Shown: positions 41,490 to 55,060 of the stretch, piece by piece
Position numbering within the stretch: position 1 is the stretch's first letter
Layout: each line of letters opens with the position of its first letter
Assembly (NCBI GenBank): GCA_964016885.1
Contig: OZ024750.1
Coordinates: 44,578,001-44,641,951, forward strand
Reading direction: 5' to 3'
Origin: Eledone cirrhosa
Lineage: Eukaryota
DNA length: 63,951 nt
Position numbers and translations under genes: made by a program
The notes under the pieces: model-generated
Database searches by the model: none
What the model was told of the DNA's origin: nothing
Seen by the model: only the letters and a program-made list of their open reading frames with translations

Positions 41490-42132
41490 GGCTTCTACAG
41501 GACTAGTACTGTTTCATTCGAAAGAAATCATTAGAAACGCTTTCCTGGTGATTTCCTTCGAATGAAACACTTCTAGTCGTGTAGAAGCCATTTTTATATT
41601 TAATATTGTATATACTCTACTATGTATTGAGTACCTTACTTATTGTGGTTACTCCCGATTGAAGCAGGGATACACACACACACATCTATATATGTCTTTA
41701 TATGTATCTTCTTTTTCTCTTCACCCTCATTCTTTTCTGTCTTCTCTCTCTCCAGAAGAGATCAGTTGTGTTCTGACCTTGCGAGTAATTGATTCACACA
41801 TCTGCAGCCCTACTACAGCAACGGGAGTTCAAGCTCCGGGAGAGTTATATCTGTGGAGCATATTAAAAATGGAATACGGGTAAAAGAAAAAAAAAATAAT
41901 CAAGGGAGCTAACAAATATAGAGCCGGTAGATATATTATGAGCAATACAACAATAGGGCTCTTGAGTTCTCCCCTTTCCTGACATTGAAGTTGGTAAAAT
42001 AATATTTTAAAAACAAACAATGATATTTTAGTAATTTGACTTAGTAGAGGTTGAGTGTCAGCTTAATAGATTTGCCAACGAAATAGTAACAACACGCACA
42101 CACACATACATACAATTGCATGTATGTACATT

Positions 42133-42192
<60 letters not shown>

Positions 42193-42520
42193 CAGATTAT
42201 TCCAGATTTACCGATGACAAGAGTCAAATAAACGACACCTAGTTATAAAGAATTAATCCGGTTTATCAACAGCATGCACTAACCCCCTCTCTCTGTCTCA
42301 CACACACACATCTACACATATATATAGGCATATAGATAAATATACATACATATACACACACACACACACATACATATACCTACATATACCTACATATATA
42401 TATATATGAAACTAATATTAATATTTTGTACTGCCTCTTCGCTTCCATGTTGTTGTTTTTTGTTTACTGTTCCAACTATATATATATATATATATATATA
42501 TTATAAATACTTACCTACAA

Positions 42521-42599
<79 letters not shown>

Positions 42600-42728
42600 G
42601 AAGTTATATTTAATTTGCTAGGATTCAACAAGCTTAAAATGTTATAACTGATATAAAGCACTCAACAGTTTACTGGAGTAAATATTCAATATATTAATAA
42701 ATGGAAACTATATTTATAAAACAATAAT

Positions 42729-42793
42729 TATTTTATTATATATATTTCAAGGGCAACCAAGGCAGTTTTGGTGCGCTTTCATCAGATAAAATA
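42729..42793 (-). ncRNA. Type I hammerhead motif (left arm)
   Basis: Near reverse complement of 42922-42986. Confidence 0.75.
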
Positions 42794-42921
42794 CAAAATA
42801 TGTTTTATAAATGTTGACATTCCCGTAGAAAAACAACCTTGACGGTTGAACAATCCAGCGAACCTTCAACCGTCAAGGTTGTTTTTCTAAGGGTATGTCA
42901 ACATTTATAAAACATATTTTG

Positions 42922-42986
42922 TATTTTATCTGATGAAAGCGCACCAAAACGGCTTTGGTTGCCCTTGAAATATATATAATAAAATA
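42922..42986 (+). ncRNA. Type I hammerhead motif (right arm)
   Basis: tattttat-CTGATGA-aagcgcaccaaa..tttggttgccctt-GAAA-tatata-TA-ataaaata; perfect 8-bp stem I. Confidence 0.8.
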
Positions 42987-43047
42987 ATTATTGTTTTATA
43001 AATATAGTTTCCATTTATTAATATATTGAATTATATATATATATATA

Positions 43048-43491
<444 letters not shown>

Positions 43492-44103
43492 TATACCTAC
43501 ATACATATATATATATATATATCTATGCTTATATAGCTTAAATTAACATATTGCATGGACACCCGGAAAAGAAATGCTAGCCTATTGTTCATGGCATTCA
43601 TTTGAGTGGAAGAATTATTTAAATTTATCTAATTATATCGAAGCCTAGTATATCTTAATCCTTGTGGTGGTTATCACAAGGGGGCTGGATTGATATTTAG
43701 ATAATCTACAAAGCCTAAACAGATTTCAATATTTTAAAACAATGGTACAATAGTACAGTAGCACTTGTCATCGTCATTGTATTTAATAAAACAACATGAA
43801 GATTAAGTCTGTGTGTCACCAGTAAATATGACAAAGGCACCTGTGTTACTGAGATATATTCTGTACACATACAATAAACAGGGGTAGGGAATTATAACAG
43901 TTTATCAATAGAATAATCCGGTTTCGAGCAGGATTTTGTAGGATTTTGTATACATACATTGTATAGAGATTACTTCCGGATTCAACAAGAAGAGCTCTTC
44001 CTCGTTACCACACACACATCTACATATACAGTAAACATACACAAATGCACACATACACACTCTCTCTAACACATATACACATATACATACATACATAGGT
44101 TCA

Positions 44104-44160
<57 letters not shown>

Positions 44161-44181
44161 TTGTAGGTAAGTATTTATATG

Positions 44182-44212
<31 letters not shown>

Positions 44213-44459
44213 GTGTAGGCTAGTATTTATAGGTATATATTTTAATATTTTAATTACTAGATGGATGTTGGTAAAATTAAATATTTAAATTAAAGCCATT
44301 TCATAATCTATGCAACTTAATGACATTTTCATGCTCAGTGTTATATTGATGTATGTATTACTACTAAATGTGCATTTGTACACATTGGCCAAAAATATAC
44401 ATATATTATTTACTGCACTATGAAGTTTGCTCTGACATTTTATCCAGATGGCGTTGGTA

Positions 44460-45054
44460 TTTAGCTTCAATTTAGTCTTGCTGTAGCAGACCTGGTACTT
44501 TTAGCCTGACGTTAGACCCGTTGTAGCAGACCTAGTGCCATTATCCTCAAGTTAGTACCGTTGTAGCAGACCTGGTACTTTTAGCCTCAAGTTAGTACCG
44601 TTGTAGCAGACCTAGTGTCCCTAGCCTCAATTTAGTACCGTTGTAGCAGACCTGGTACCCTTAGCCTGAAGTTAGTACCGTTGAAGCAGACCTAGTACCA
44701 TTAGCATCAAGTTAGTACCATTGTAGCAGACTTAGAACTCTTAGCCTCAAGTTAGTACCGTTGTAGCATACCTAGTTCCCTTAGCCTCAAGTTAGTACCG
44801 TTGTAGCAGACCTGGTACCATTAGCCTCAAGTTAGTACCGTTGTAGCAGACCTGGTACCCTTAGCCTCAAGTTAGTACCGTTGTAGCAGACCTGGTACCC
44901 TTAGCCTCAAGTTAGTACCGTTGTAGCAGACCTGGTACCCTTAGACTCAAGTTAGTACCGTTGTAACAGACCTGGTACCCTTAGCCTCAAGTTAGTACCG
45001 CTGTAGCATACCTGGTACCCTTAGCCTCAAGTTAGTACCGTTGTAGCAGACCTG
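44460..45054. repeat. 40-bp minisatellite, about 14.5 units
   Basis: GTTAGTACCGTTGTAGCAGACCTGGTACCCTTAGCCTCAA. Confidence 0.95.
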
Positions 45055-45711
45055 TATAACCGATTTGATGTGACGGGATAAAGTTTTGATGACTTGACCT
45101 TCAATACAGCAGGGACCCATGTGGTAGACCATACTACCAGTGAGACCAAATGTGGGCTTGATATATGTGGATACGTAAAACCATTCTGTATCCTGCTTTA
45201 CAATTGCTGTGAAGCTTGTATAAAATAAACCTGGAGATCTCTGATTCGTAGAGTTTCAGTGCACTGTTTCTTCTGGGGTTTTTTAAGTACTGAGTTCAAA
45301 TCCCACCGGTGTCAAATTTGTCTTTCGTCATTTCAGAATCTAGAAAATAAGGTACTAGTCACGTAGTGGGTTCGAAGTAATCGATCCTCCTTTCTCCACA
45401 AATATTTAATGCAGTACTTAAATTAAATATCATTATATAAGCTTTCAACAAGTATAGTTTGTTAGGAACATCTATGATAATTTTACGTGTACACCTCGGC
45501 ATCTGGGACTAAAGAAACGAGAATAAGGGAAGAGAAACATCTGTGAGTTATATGTGTACATCGCTCATAGCCCGAATATCGATGTAACTACGTTACTAGA
45601 GCTACGTTACGATACTAAATATATATCTATTACACATAAAAATATTGTATGTAGGTCTATATAGGTGAGACTGGTTTAGAATAGAGCATTGGCAGAATAG
45701 TCGAAGCTTCT

Positions 45712-46132
45712 TATTCTTCTTCGCCCACTTATTCTTGAGAGAGTCGTGGTGGCAGTGTTCTCAAAATCTTACTCCAGTGGATCCTGTCAAAAGCAACCAA
45801 CTGCAACAGAACCAGCCAAGGTCATGGATGTTATCCAACCATCTTGCTCGAGGTCTACCCCTGGGTCTCCTACAGGTTGGTTTTGCCCGTAAAATATGTC
45901 CAGGTATTCTTGACTGAGACATTCTAACCACATGCCCATAGTGTCGGAGCTGTGGTCTCTCAATACGAAGAAGTAGCGGCTCTACCTAGAGTGAGTCTCC
46001 GATCTCCGAGCTACACAATCTTTCTCGAGACATTCTAACCACATGCACATAGATATCGGAGCTGTGGTCTCTCAATACAGAGAAGTAGCGGCTCTACTTG
46101 GAGTGACTCTCTGATCTCCAAGCTACGCAAGA
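45712..46132 (-). mobile_element. RTE (Expander/Rex3-like) 3' fragment inserted in a SINE head, 18-bp TSD
   Basis: SEIGDSL..LLRIERPQLRHYGHVVRM..RGRPRARWLDN; AGAAT(A/C)GTCGAAGCTTCT at 45694 and 46133; the SINE resumes at 46151-46300. Confidence 0.85.
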
Positions 46133-46454
46133 AGAATCGTCGAAGCTTCTGACAAAATGTTTAGCAGCATTGTGTTATGTCCTTTTTATAATCTGAGTTC
46201 AAATCCAGCCGAAGTCAATCATTATTTTATGTTCCGGGGTTCGACAAAATAAAATACCAGCAATTTACTGGGACGTTATGATTAAAATATTCTCTCCCCT
46301 CAAACTATTATAATTCCAATTTCAACTTTGATCGTTAATTTTCTAGGTTAAATAAACTACGAGTCATATAATGTAGTTGATTTAATTAACTTTCACCTCC
46401 CTCAAATTGTTCGCCCTTGTGTCTGAATCAGAAGCCATTTTTATTCTACGTAGA

Positions 46455-46616
46455 TGTAGTAATGGTGGTGGTGTTGGTGGTGGTGGTGTTAATATGAGTA
46501 GTGGTGGTGGTGGTGGTAGTAGTAGTAGTAGTAATAGTAGCATCAACATCAGTAGTAGTAGTTGTAGTAGTAGTAGTAGCAGCAGTAGTAGTAGCAGGAG
46601 CAGCAGTAGTAGTAAT

Positions 46617-46683
<67 letters not shown>

Positions 46684-46768
46684 ACAGTAACAGTAGAGTA
46701 GTAGTAGTAGTAGTAGTAGTAGTAACAGTAGAGTAGTAGTAGCAGTAGTAGCAGTAGCAGTAGTAGTA

Positions 46769-46800
<32 letters not shown>

Positions 46801-46806
46801 ACAGTA

Positions 46807-46856
<50 letters not shown>

Positions 46857-46882
46857 ACAGTAGTAGCAGTAGTAGTAGTAAC

Positions 46883-46952
<70 letters not shown>

Positions 46953-46978
46953 ACAGTAGTAGCAGTAGTAGTAGTAAC

Positions 46979-47024
<46 letters not shown>

Positions 47025-47031
47025 ACAGTAC

Positions 47032-47063
<32 letters not shown>

Positions 47064-47090
47064 GAGTAGTAGTAGTAGTAGTAGTAGTAT
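46455..47090. repeat. (AGT)n/(AGC)n microsatellite
   Basis: Direct inspection. Confidence 0.95.
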
Positions 47091-47279
47091 TTTCAGTGAA
47101 ATCAATAAGTCAGTGAATTAAGTGAGGTACACTACCTTAATCAGACAAAGGTGACATTGGGGACAGAATGTTACATTAATTAGGGATTAATTCTAATCTT
47201 TTCTAGTTTTTACATTAAAAAAAAAATGTTCTTACGTTCATCTCTTTTATAACGGACCAGCGGCCAACTACAGTACTTC

Positions 47280-47315
47280 ACTACTGTACTACTACTACTA
47301 CTACTACTACTGCTG

Positions 47316-47394
<79 letters not shown>

Positions 47395-47423
47395 TGTAGT
47401 AGTAGTAGTAGTAGTAGTAGTAA

Positions 47424-47465
<42 letters not shown>

Positions 47466-47537
47466 CAGCAGTAGTAGTAGCAGTAGCAGCAGCAGTAGTA
47501 GTAGTAGTAGTAGTAGTAGTAGCAGTAGTCGTAGTAG
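47280..47537. repeat. (CTA)n joined head-to-head with (TAG)n
   Basis: ..ACTACTACTATAGTAGTAGT.., centre at about 47363. Confidence 0.9.
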
Positions 47538-47609
47538 TTGAAAAAATGGGAGAAATTATGTCCCTAGGCACGAAACTTGTGCCACTTGTATAACTTCATG
47601 ACTATAATA

Positions 47610-47656
<47 letters not shown>

Positions 47657-47796
47657 TATACATACGTATGTGTGTGTGTGTGTATATATATATGTGTGTG
47701 TATGGTATATATGTATATATATATGCATGTGTGTGTGTATGTGGGCGTGTACATACACACTCACACATTCACACACGCATATATATATATATATGT

Positions 47797-48029
47797 AAAA
47801 TGGCAAAAGGAAAATGGCAAAAGGAAAAAAAAATGCTGACAAATTGTTCCCAGTGAAAAATAGTTTAATTAAGAATAAGTAAAAATGAGTAATAAGTATT
47901 GGTTAGTATTCAGTTTTGGTTTTAAGTATTTACCGGTTGCGCATTTCTAATGCTTTTCAAAAATAATTATTTTGAGATAGATCGCCCGTGATGTTTGCTC
48001 TAAACATCACGGGCGCTCTATCTCAAAAT
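47797..48029 (-). mobile_element. Family I element (copy at 37098-37225, +) with an adjacent 28-bp-arm hairpin
   Basis: GCGCAACCGGTAAA..CTGAATACTAACCAATAC..TTCACTGGGAACAATTTGTCAGCA is shared; hairpin at 47969-48029. Confidence 0.75.
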
Positions 48030-48093
48030 TATTTAATGTCCTTCGTCTCCAACAGACCAGTGTCTGTCCTTAGGGCATCAACATAGGTTAACG

Positions 48094-48095
<2 letters not shown>
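48030..48095 (-). mobile_element. Short RTE fragment of the same family as 3331-3642
   Basis: LTYVDALRTDTGLLE. Confidence 0.75.
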
Positions 48096-48178
<83 letters not shown>

Positions 48179-48859
48179 TACATGAATCAAAGTTCTGTTC
48201 AAATCATTTATTCGCTTACAATTGTTTTTTCCAAACCGAGGTTTGGAGTCTTCGGAGCAATTTCTCAATGATTCTTTACATACTTGACCTCCTTTCCAAC
48301 ACAAGAGGCATACAGAAACATATGTATATATTGATGCACATTAGGGTGACATCGATTATAATATTTTAGCATGGCAATTTACATTCAAAGATTAAAGTCA
48401 TATTAAAAGAAAATTAAAACAAAATTAAAGTTAAAATACAACATCGGCAGTTTACGAAGATAATGCAAGAGGATAGTTTGAAGTAGTTAGTGTATGCAAT
48501 AGTTACACGTGGGGCATGCACGTGTGTCTTATTTATATAAGATTATAGTGCGGCAAGGTGTTATATGGAATACAAGCACTTTAAGCGGGCAAACAAGAGT
48601 ATTATGTGGGTTGTACTGGTAAAGTACTTTTTATGTATGATAAAGAAGCTTGCAGAGAAAGCTTGTGTGTAGAACAACTGATGTTATTACATTGAGCTAT
48701 TTATCTTACTGGTAATAAGGTAGTAATAATTTACTGTCTTTCACTGTTTAGGGTTTAAAATATATATAACTATAAAAGGTTTTAGTATATACGTAACCAT
48801 AAATAGTATCCTTAGTACTATATATATATACATATACATATATACATATACATATATAT

Positions 48860-48936
<77 letters not shown>

Positions 48937-48938
<2 letters not shown>

Positions 48939-49470
48939 AGTTGAAGTTTAGTAAAATCGAAGTTTTGGCTGCGACCAAGCAAAGTCGACTTACAATAAGG
49001 AATGAGTAGCAAAGCACTCAATAAGGGTATGTCCTTAGAGTAATAACATACGTTTAAATAGCTTGACAAATAGAAAATTGCGGTAGGCAAAACCCAACCA
49101 TACAATACCAAAACAACGAAAGAACTAATCAGGTTAGACAACTGACCTGGACAGATCGAACGATATTCTGCAATACGTCCGGTATGTTTCTATGAATCCG
49201 AAATCATCAATCCAACTTACGTAAGACGTAAGCTTGTGGTATTCCATGTTCGTATATATATATAATTGGAAAATAGTAAAATCGAATCTCTGGCGGTTTG
49301 CAAGTAAATTCGGCCTACTTATATGAAATGATGAGTTAGCCTAGCACTCGATAATTGGGGCCTTAGAGTAATAGCATACGTTTAAATAGCTTGACAAATC
49401 GAACATTGTGGTAGGCGTATCTAATACACAATATATACCAAGGTAACGATAGAACTAATCAGGTTGAGAA
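48937..49470 (-). mobile_element. Family H: two tandem diverged copies between (TA)n tracts
   Basis: TAGTAAAATCGAA..GCACTC.ATAA..CCTTAGAGTAATA.CATACGTTTAAATAGCTTGACAAAT occurs twice. Confidence 0.7.
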
Positions 49471-49624
49471 AAATATATATATATGTGTATGAGGTGAGTT
49501 TTGTTGTAGAACAATAAAACTATGCATATATCGGATAAGTAGCACTGAACAGTTTATTGAACGATGTTGACTAGAAACTTTCTTGTTCACAAGTGTTTTT
49601 TTTAGGCATCATATCATGCTACCT

Positions 49625-49695
49625 TATTTTATCTGATGAGAACGCAACTATCGTCCCAGGATGATATTTGTTTTTGAAATGCGCATAATAAAATA
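49625..49695 (+). ncRNA. Type I hammerhead motif (family C)
   Basis: tattttat-CTGATGA-gaacgcaactatcgtc..gatgatatttgttttt-GAAA-tgcgca-TA-ataaaata. Confidence 0.75.
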
Positions 49696-49854
49696 TATGG
49701 AACTTTTTTAACCATCTTTTAATTTCTTCTTATATATATATGAATAAAGTTAGTCCTTCATTAGTGATCTTCCAACCATCATTGGTATTTCATCGCTTTA
49801 AAGACCATATACCTCCGGTTGGTGCGAGCAACGACTAAAGAAAGTCGTTGGGAC

Positions 49855-49966
<112 letters not shown>

Positions 49967-50469
49967 GGTTGTATTTTTTTGTGGGTGTCACTTAAAACAA
50001 CAATAATATGAAAAATATGCACTCTAAAGCTTCTCGGTGTTGACCCAGTTAATATATTCGTCACTGTGTCATAGTATCTGCCTCAAAGATTGGTGCAGTT
50101 CTTGAATTCCCTTAAAATATACCTTGTGAGTAAGAGGGAGCATCATAAAAGTGGTGATATGAGAGGGTTAGAACAGTCGGTTACAAGTTCGTCGTTGGAT
50201 AATGATGTTTAACTACAAAATGGAAAAAAGTGGAGAATGACCCAACACCATCAATTGGGAAATATAAAAATCTAACTTTCAAGTCTATACTAGATGGGAT
50301 CAATGATCAAAAGGATTTATTGATTTAATGAAGAACCACAGTATTCGAAATAATGGCAGTACATATTTTATTGGGAAAGCCTGTGGTTTAGTTATTTGAG
50401 AGTTCTGCTCATTATCGTAAAGCCAGGAATTCAATGCAAGGCAGTGTGTTCTGTCTTTCTGTCCTCAAA

Positions 50470-51290
50470 CAATACTTCCAACGGGTCTTGTCAGAAGCAA
50501 CTTAGTCCAACTGATCTGGCTGGATCCCCAAGTGAGACTAGCCGAGCCCATGGGTGTTATCCAACCATCTTGCTCAGGGTCTACCCCTGGGTTTCTTGCC
50601 TGTTGGTTTTGCCCGTAAAATCTGTCCAACGATTCTTTCCTGAGACATTCTAACCACGTGCCCATAGTATCGGAGCTGTGATCTCTCAATTCGGAGAAGT
50701 AGTAGCTCTACCTGGAGTGACTCTCTGATCTGCGAGCTACAAATATCTCCAGCAATTCTTTCCTGAGACATTCTAACCACATGTCCATAGTATCGGAGCT
50801 GTGATCTCTCAATTCGGAGAAGTAGTAGCTCTACCTGGAGTGACTCTCTGATCTCCGAGCTACAAATATCTCCAGCAATTCTTTCCTGAGACATTCTAAC
50901 CACAAGTGCATAGTGTCGGAGCTGTGATCTCTCAATTCGGAGAAGTAGTATATCTACCTGGAGAGACTCTCTGATCTCCGAGCTTCAAATATCTCCAGCA
51001 ATTCTTTCCTGAGACATTCTAACCACATGTGCATAGTATCGGAGCTGTGATCTCTCAATTCGGAGAAGTAGTAGCTCTACCTGGAGTGACTCTCTGATCT
51101 CCGAGCTACAACTATCTCCAGCATAGAGTTACATTACTTAAAAGACCCTTCGTAGGAAACTCAGTTCGTCCGCTTGTATTCGAGATTGTATTCTTTCGGT
51201 CATTACCCAACATTCATTAATATAGTAAGTATTGGCACGGATACCGAATTGAAGAAAGCGATTCTGATCTCCGAGCTATGCTTCAGCCAA
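50470..51290 (-). mobile_element. RTE (Expander/Rex3-like) fragment with 4 x 123-bp tandem units
   Basis: Units start at 50632, 50755, 50878 and 51001; SEIRESLQVELLLLRIERSQLRYYGHVVRMSQERI. Confidence 0.9.
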
Positions 51291-51473
51291 ATATTTTATT
51301 TCCCATTGCTGCAGTCCACTCGGCTGACAAATATCAGTTGTACAGGCGATTCAAAGATTGAGCATTGTCACGTGTCAGTGGAATGTTTGGTCATATGTGC
51401 GTTAATATTACGAGCAGGCTCTTCCGTTGTTTGAATGATAGAAAACTCGATGGAATCGATGAAGATCCAACAC

Positions 51474-51524
<51 letters not shown>

Positions 51525-51571
51525 TAGAGAGATTGGGGGAGAGAGATGGAGAGAGATGGAGAGATAGATAG

Positions 51572-51602
<31 letters not shown>

Positions 51603-51612
51603 ACGACAGAGA

Positions 51613-51691
<79 letters not shown>

Positions 51692-52084
51692 GAGAGAGAG
51701 AGAGAGCGGAGAGCGAGAGAGAGACTCAAAATCATTAAATACTTGGTTTGATCAGTTTAATTTCTTAGGCTCTGGTTACTAGTAGAGAAAACGACGATAA
51801 AATGATGTTAAAAATACAAGATAATGTTTAATTGGTCGTATTAGTTGATTTAGTGTGATAAAACATGCCAGGCTAGGAGTTAATTATCAGTTTGGCATCT
51901 GTGTGTCTTCTCTGTTTAGATAAATATTTTGAATACCATCGGATTAAGTTTACTGATGACGAAACTGTGACTAAGTTTATGTTGGTGTTTGTGTATGTGT
52001 GTCTGTTTGTGTGTGTTTGTGAGTGTGCGTGTTTGTCTATGTATTTATGTACATTTATGTATATTTCTTTAGTCATAGTTCCGA

Positions 52085-52620
52085 CATTATATGTATGTGA
52101 ACCACACAAATGCCGTTGTGGGGCTGTCATTGACAGGTTTGGCTTGCACTCATTGTCATGCCGAAAGAGCGCAGGCCAGTTCCCCGACATGCCGCTCTCT
52201 ACGACATTTCTAGAAGGAACCTGGAAGCAGCTGTTTTCTCATCACAAGTGGGGCCAGAAGACCTCGACCGCGGAGACGGCAATGGCCCCGACGGAATTAC
52301 CCTCTTCCTATTCGAAGGAGGTAAATCCCCCACCAGTGAGCCTTGATACCTCAGGCGTTCTCGGACCCTCTACTGCCGAGCTTTTTCGCAGCCTCACCCT
52401 TCTTCCGCCCATTCTACTGTGACCCAGAGGTCCTTGATTTTTCCCTCCTTTTCCTCTCATTTATGGCCTATACAGTCCTTTCCTCTACTTCCCTATACAG
52501 CCAGATCTGCCCTTCTCTTTCCTTCCCCATTCTCTAATTACTTAATTTTGCTTTCATATTTCTTTTTCATATTTATATAATCATTAATGCTTTTTAAGCC
52601 AACTTTGTGAATAAAATAAA
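52085..52620 (+). mobile_element. CRE-clade 3' fragment, internally deleted
   Basis: PHKCRCGAVIDRFGLHSLSC, RHAAL, DRGDGNGPDGIT, DTSGVLGP. Confidence 0.8.
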
Positions 52621-52759
52621 GTACAATTCCCAGATTAGAAAACATACTGGGGTCTATGTGTCGAACTAATTCTCCTTACAAACACCGCAGTCAAATAATT
52701 GACATAAATAAAATAATAGAATGACGCACGAGGAAGGACAACACTGTTTTTTGGTGGAG

Positions 52760-52935
52760 AACGTTCATTAAATCTACCCCAGTGCGTTACTGGTACTTTA
52801 TTTCATCGACCTTGTATGGATAAAAGGCAAAATTAATTTTGGCGGGATGTGAACTCAGACCATAAAGAGCCGTAACTCTAAGCTGCAAAGCATGGCGTCC
52901 GAACCTCTGCCGATACTGCCAAATCCATGGCCACC
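52760..52935 (-). mobile_element. SINE family S1 copy
   Basis: Core plus head GATACTGCCAA. Confidence 0.8.
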
Positions 52936-53665
52936 CTTAGAGTAATAAGAATATATAACATGCATGAATAGTAGTGAATCAGACACAAAACAGCGGGTTC
53001 CTCTTTAAAATCGATTTACACGCATTATTCAGCACTCACTGCCAAATTGGAGAAAATCCTAAAGCTTTGTTTTGTTTAGAGATTAACTTACGTTAAAACA
53101 ATAATTACAAATGATTCTTTGTTTCATTGCCCACTATTCCTCCCTGCCTCTGTTATGTTCAATCTTTATGTCACTGCTAATGTTTTCTGTGACAAATGAG
53201 AGAGGGATAAGATAATTATTCGGGATTAAATATATGGAAATATTATAAGTGTTGTTTAATCTGTCAGAGGATTATCAGAAACAATCAGTTGAAATCTAGT
53301 GACAAAAATATTTGTTTCAGTTGATCAGATCCTCACCAATTATTGCAAGTGAATTATTTTTGATGAATTTGCAAATGTGAATGCCAGTTGCTTTTGGCAT
53401 GGCATGATGTATATATCTTTGTTGATTAAGATATATATATATATATAATGTAGGAGGTGAGTTTTATTGTAGCACAATAAAGCAAAGCAAATATTGGATA
53501 AGTAGGACTACACAGTTTTTTAGGACTGGAGTAAAAATAATATAAGATCAAAAGAGTTCCATGTATTTTATTATGCGCAATTCAAACACAAATATCATCA
53601 TGGGATATGTTGATTTAACACTTCACTGCTCGCAAGTGTTTTTTAAGCTTCATATCATGTCACCC

Positions 53666-53736
53666 TATTTTATCTGATGAGAACGCAAATATCGTCCCAT
53701 GATGATATTTGTTTTTGAAATGCGCATAATAAAATA
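53666..53736 (+). ncRNA. Type I hammerhead motif (family C, within palindromic element 53450-53775)
   Basis: tattttat-CTGATGA-gaacgcaaatatcgtc-ccat-gatgatatttgttttt-GAAA-tgcgca-TA-ataaaata; inverted 3' half at 53550-53605; partial copy at 2587-2695 (-). Confidence 0.8.
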
Positions 53737-53781
53737 CATGGAACTCTTTAAACCATCTTTTGATCTAATATTATATATCGT

Positions 53782-53947
53782 TAGAGGGTTGGACGCCATG
53801 CTTTCTAGCATAGTTACGTCCCTTTACAGCCTGAGTTCAAATCCCGCCGAGGTTAACATTGCCTTTCATCCTTATGGGGTCAATAAAATAAAGTACCAGT
53901 AATGTACTGGCTAATTGCTGGCCTTGTGCCTAAAGTAGAAACAATTA
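53782..53947 (+). mobile_element. SINE family S1 copy
   Basis: Core match. Confidence 0.85.
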
Positions 53948-54098
53948 TATATATATATATATATATAGTTGTAGGGTGATTCGTGAATGAATACAGCCAA
54001 TGGAGTAAAGAAAGTGGACAGAAAGTTTGTGATGATTGGAATTACTGAACCAATGAAAAGGCCGAAATAACAAGATGCTGAGATGTCTGAACACACAA

Positions 54099-54192
54099 AA
54101 CATATCTGAAGACCCTTCGCATGCAGAGTCAGGTTCGATCTGTAAAAGATCCTGCCTACAGCTGATCGAAACAGAAACATATATAATATGTT
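54099..54192 (+). ncRNA. Hammerhead motif with extended, partly decayed stem II
   Basis: aacatat-CTGAAGA-..ttcg..cgaa..-GAAA-catata-TA-atatgtt (7-bp stem I). Confidence 0.45.
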
Positions 54193-54194
54193 AA

Positions 54195-54385
54195 CTGTTT
54201 CTACTTTTGGCAAAAGGCCTGCAATTATTCCAGTACATTACTGGTACTTTATTTTATCGACCCCGTAAAGATGAAAGGCAAAGTTAACCTCGGCGGGATT
54301 TGAACTCAGACCATAAAGGGTGGTAACTCCATGCTTCAAAGCATGGCGCCCGACCCTCTACCGATACTGCCAATCCACCGCCATT
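54195..54385 (-). mobile_element. SINE family S1 near full-length copy
   Basis: Head GGCGGTGGATTGGCAGTATCGG (A box), B box and core. Confidence 0.85.
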
Positions 54386-54473
54386 ATATATATAATATGT
54401 TAATAAATTGTGATTTGATGCAATACTGAATCCTCGATGTTTATAATTATATATATATATATAATTATTTTAT

Positions 54474-54516
<43 letters not shown>

Positions 54517-54689
54517 AAAGAAGAGGAGGCTGGACTGGGGTAATTCCTTGAAAGGTTTATTATACTATGATCATTTCGTGAAGTGCATTACGTTGAGTGC
54601 TCTCCATAATATTACATCGAGGTTGACCATAAGGAATGACCAGATCTATCCGGTGGTATACCAACAAAACTAAATATAGATATATATAT

Positions 54690-55015
54690 AAGCTATCGCC
54701 GTATTTGGACTAAAGAAATGAAAGAAATTATTTAGCCTGATAGTGGGGTTAATGATGAATATATATATATGATGATAATCAATATATAAAAAGACGGGTG
54801 ATGTGTTGGTGTAAATGGTAGCACAGTGGTCCGGATAACCAAAGATGTGGGCTCGACTCCCATGTACCTCAATACTCATCTTTTCCCATTTGTCCGAGGG
54901 TTCTTAACCCCACTATCAGGCTAAATAATTTCTTTAATTTCTTTAGTCCAAATACGGCGATAGCTTACATTTCTAATAATTTCAAACCCACTCGCTGTTT
55001 CGAAAATATTTTTAC

Positions 55016-55020
<5 letters not shown>
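54690..55020 (+). mobile_element. Asymmetric inverted-repeat element (~63-bp arms plus tail)
   Basis: TAAGCTATCGCCGTATTTGGACTAAAGAAAT..GGGGTTAA is inverted at 54904-54967. Confidence 0.7.

Positions 55021-55055
<35 letters not shown>

Positions 55056-55060
<5 letters not shown>

Larger units (their letters stand above)
42598..43031 (-). mobile_element. Family B asymmetric palindrome (~167-bp arms, 14-nt spacer, ~87-nt tail)
   Basis: 42684-42850 is inverted against 42865-43031; tail 42598-42683 also seen at 2278-2338 and 37653-37740. Confidence 0.9.

Noticed and set aside
41710-41885. Strong polypyrimidine-AG acceptor followed by an open frame
   Set aside because: CT-rich tracts are common here, the peptide is unrecognisable and the donor is weak.
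44460-45054. CRISPR-like periodic array
   Set aside because: Units are contiguous 40-mers with no unique spacers, there are no cas genes, and the context is eukaryotic.
45055-45245. Minus-strand open frame containing STYIKPTFG, reminiscent of a PLE RT motif
   Set aside because: Too little similarity to call without a profile search.
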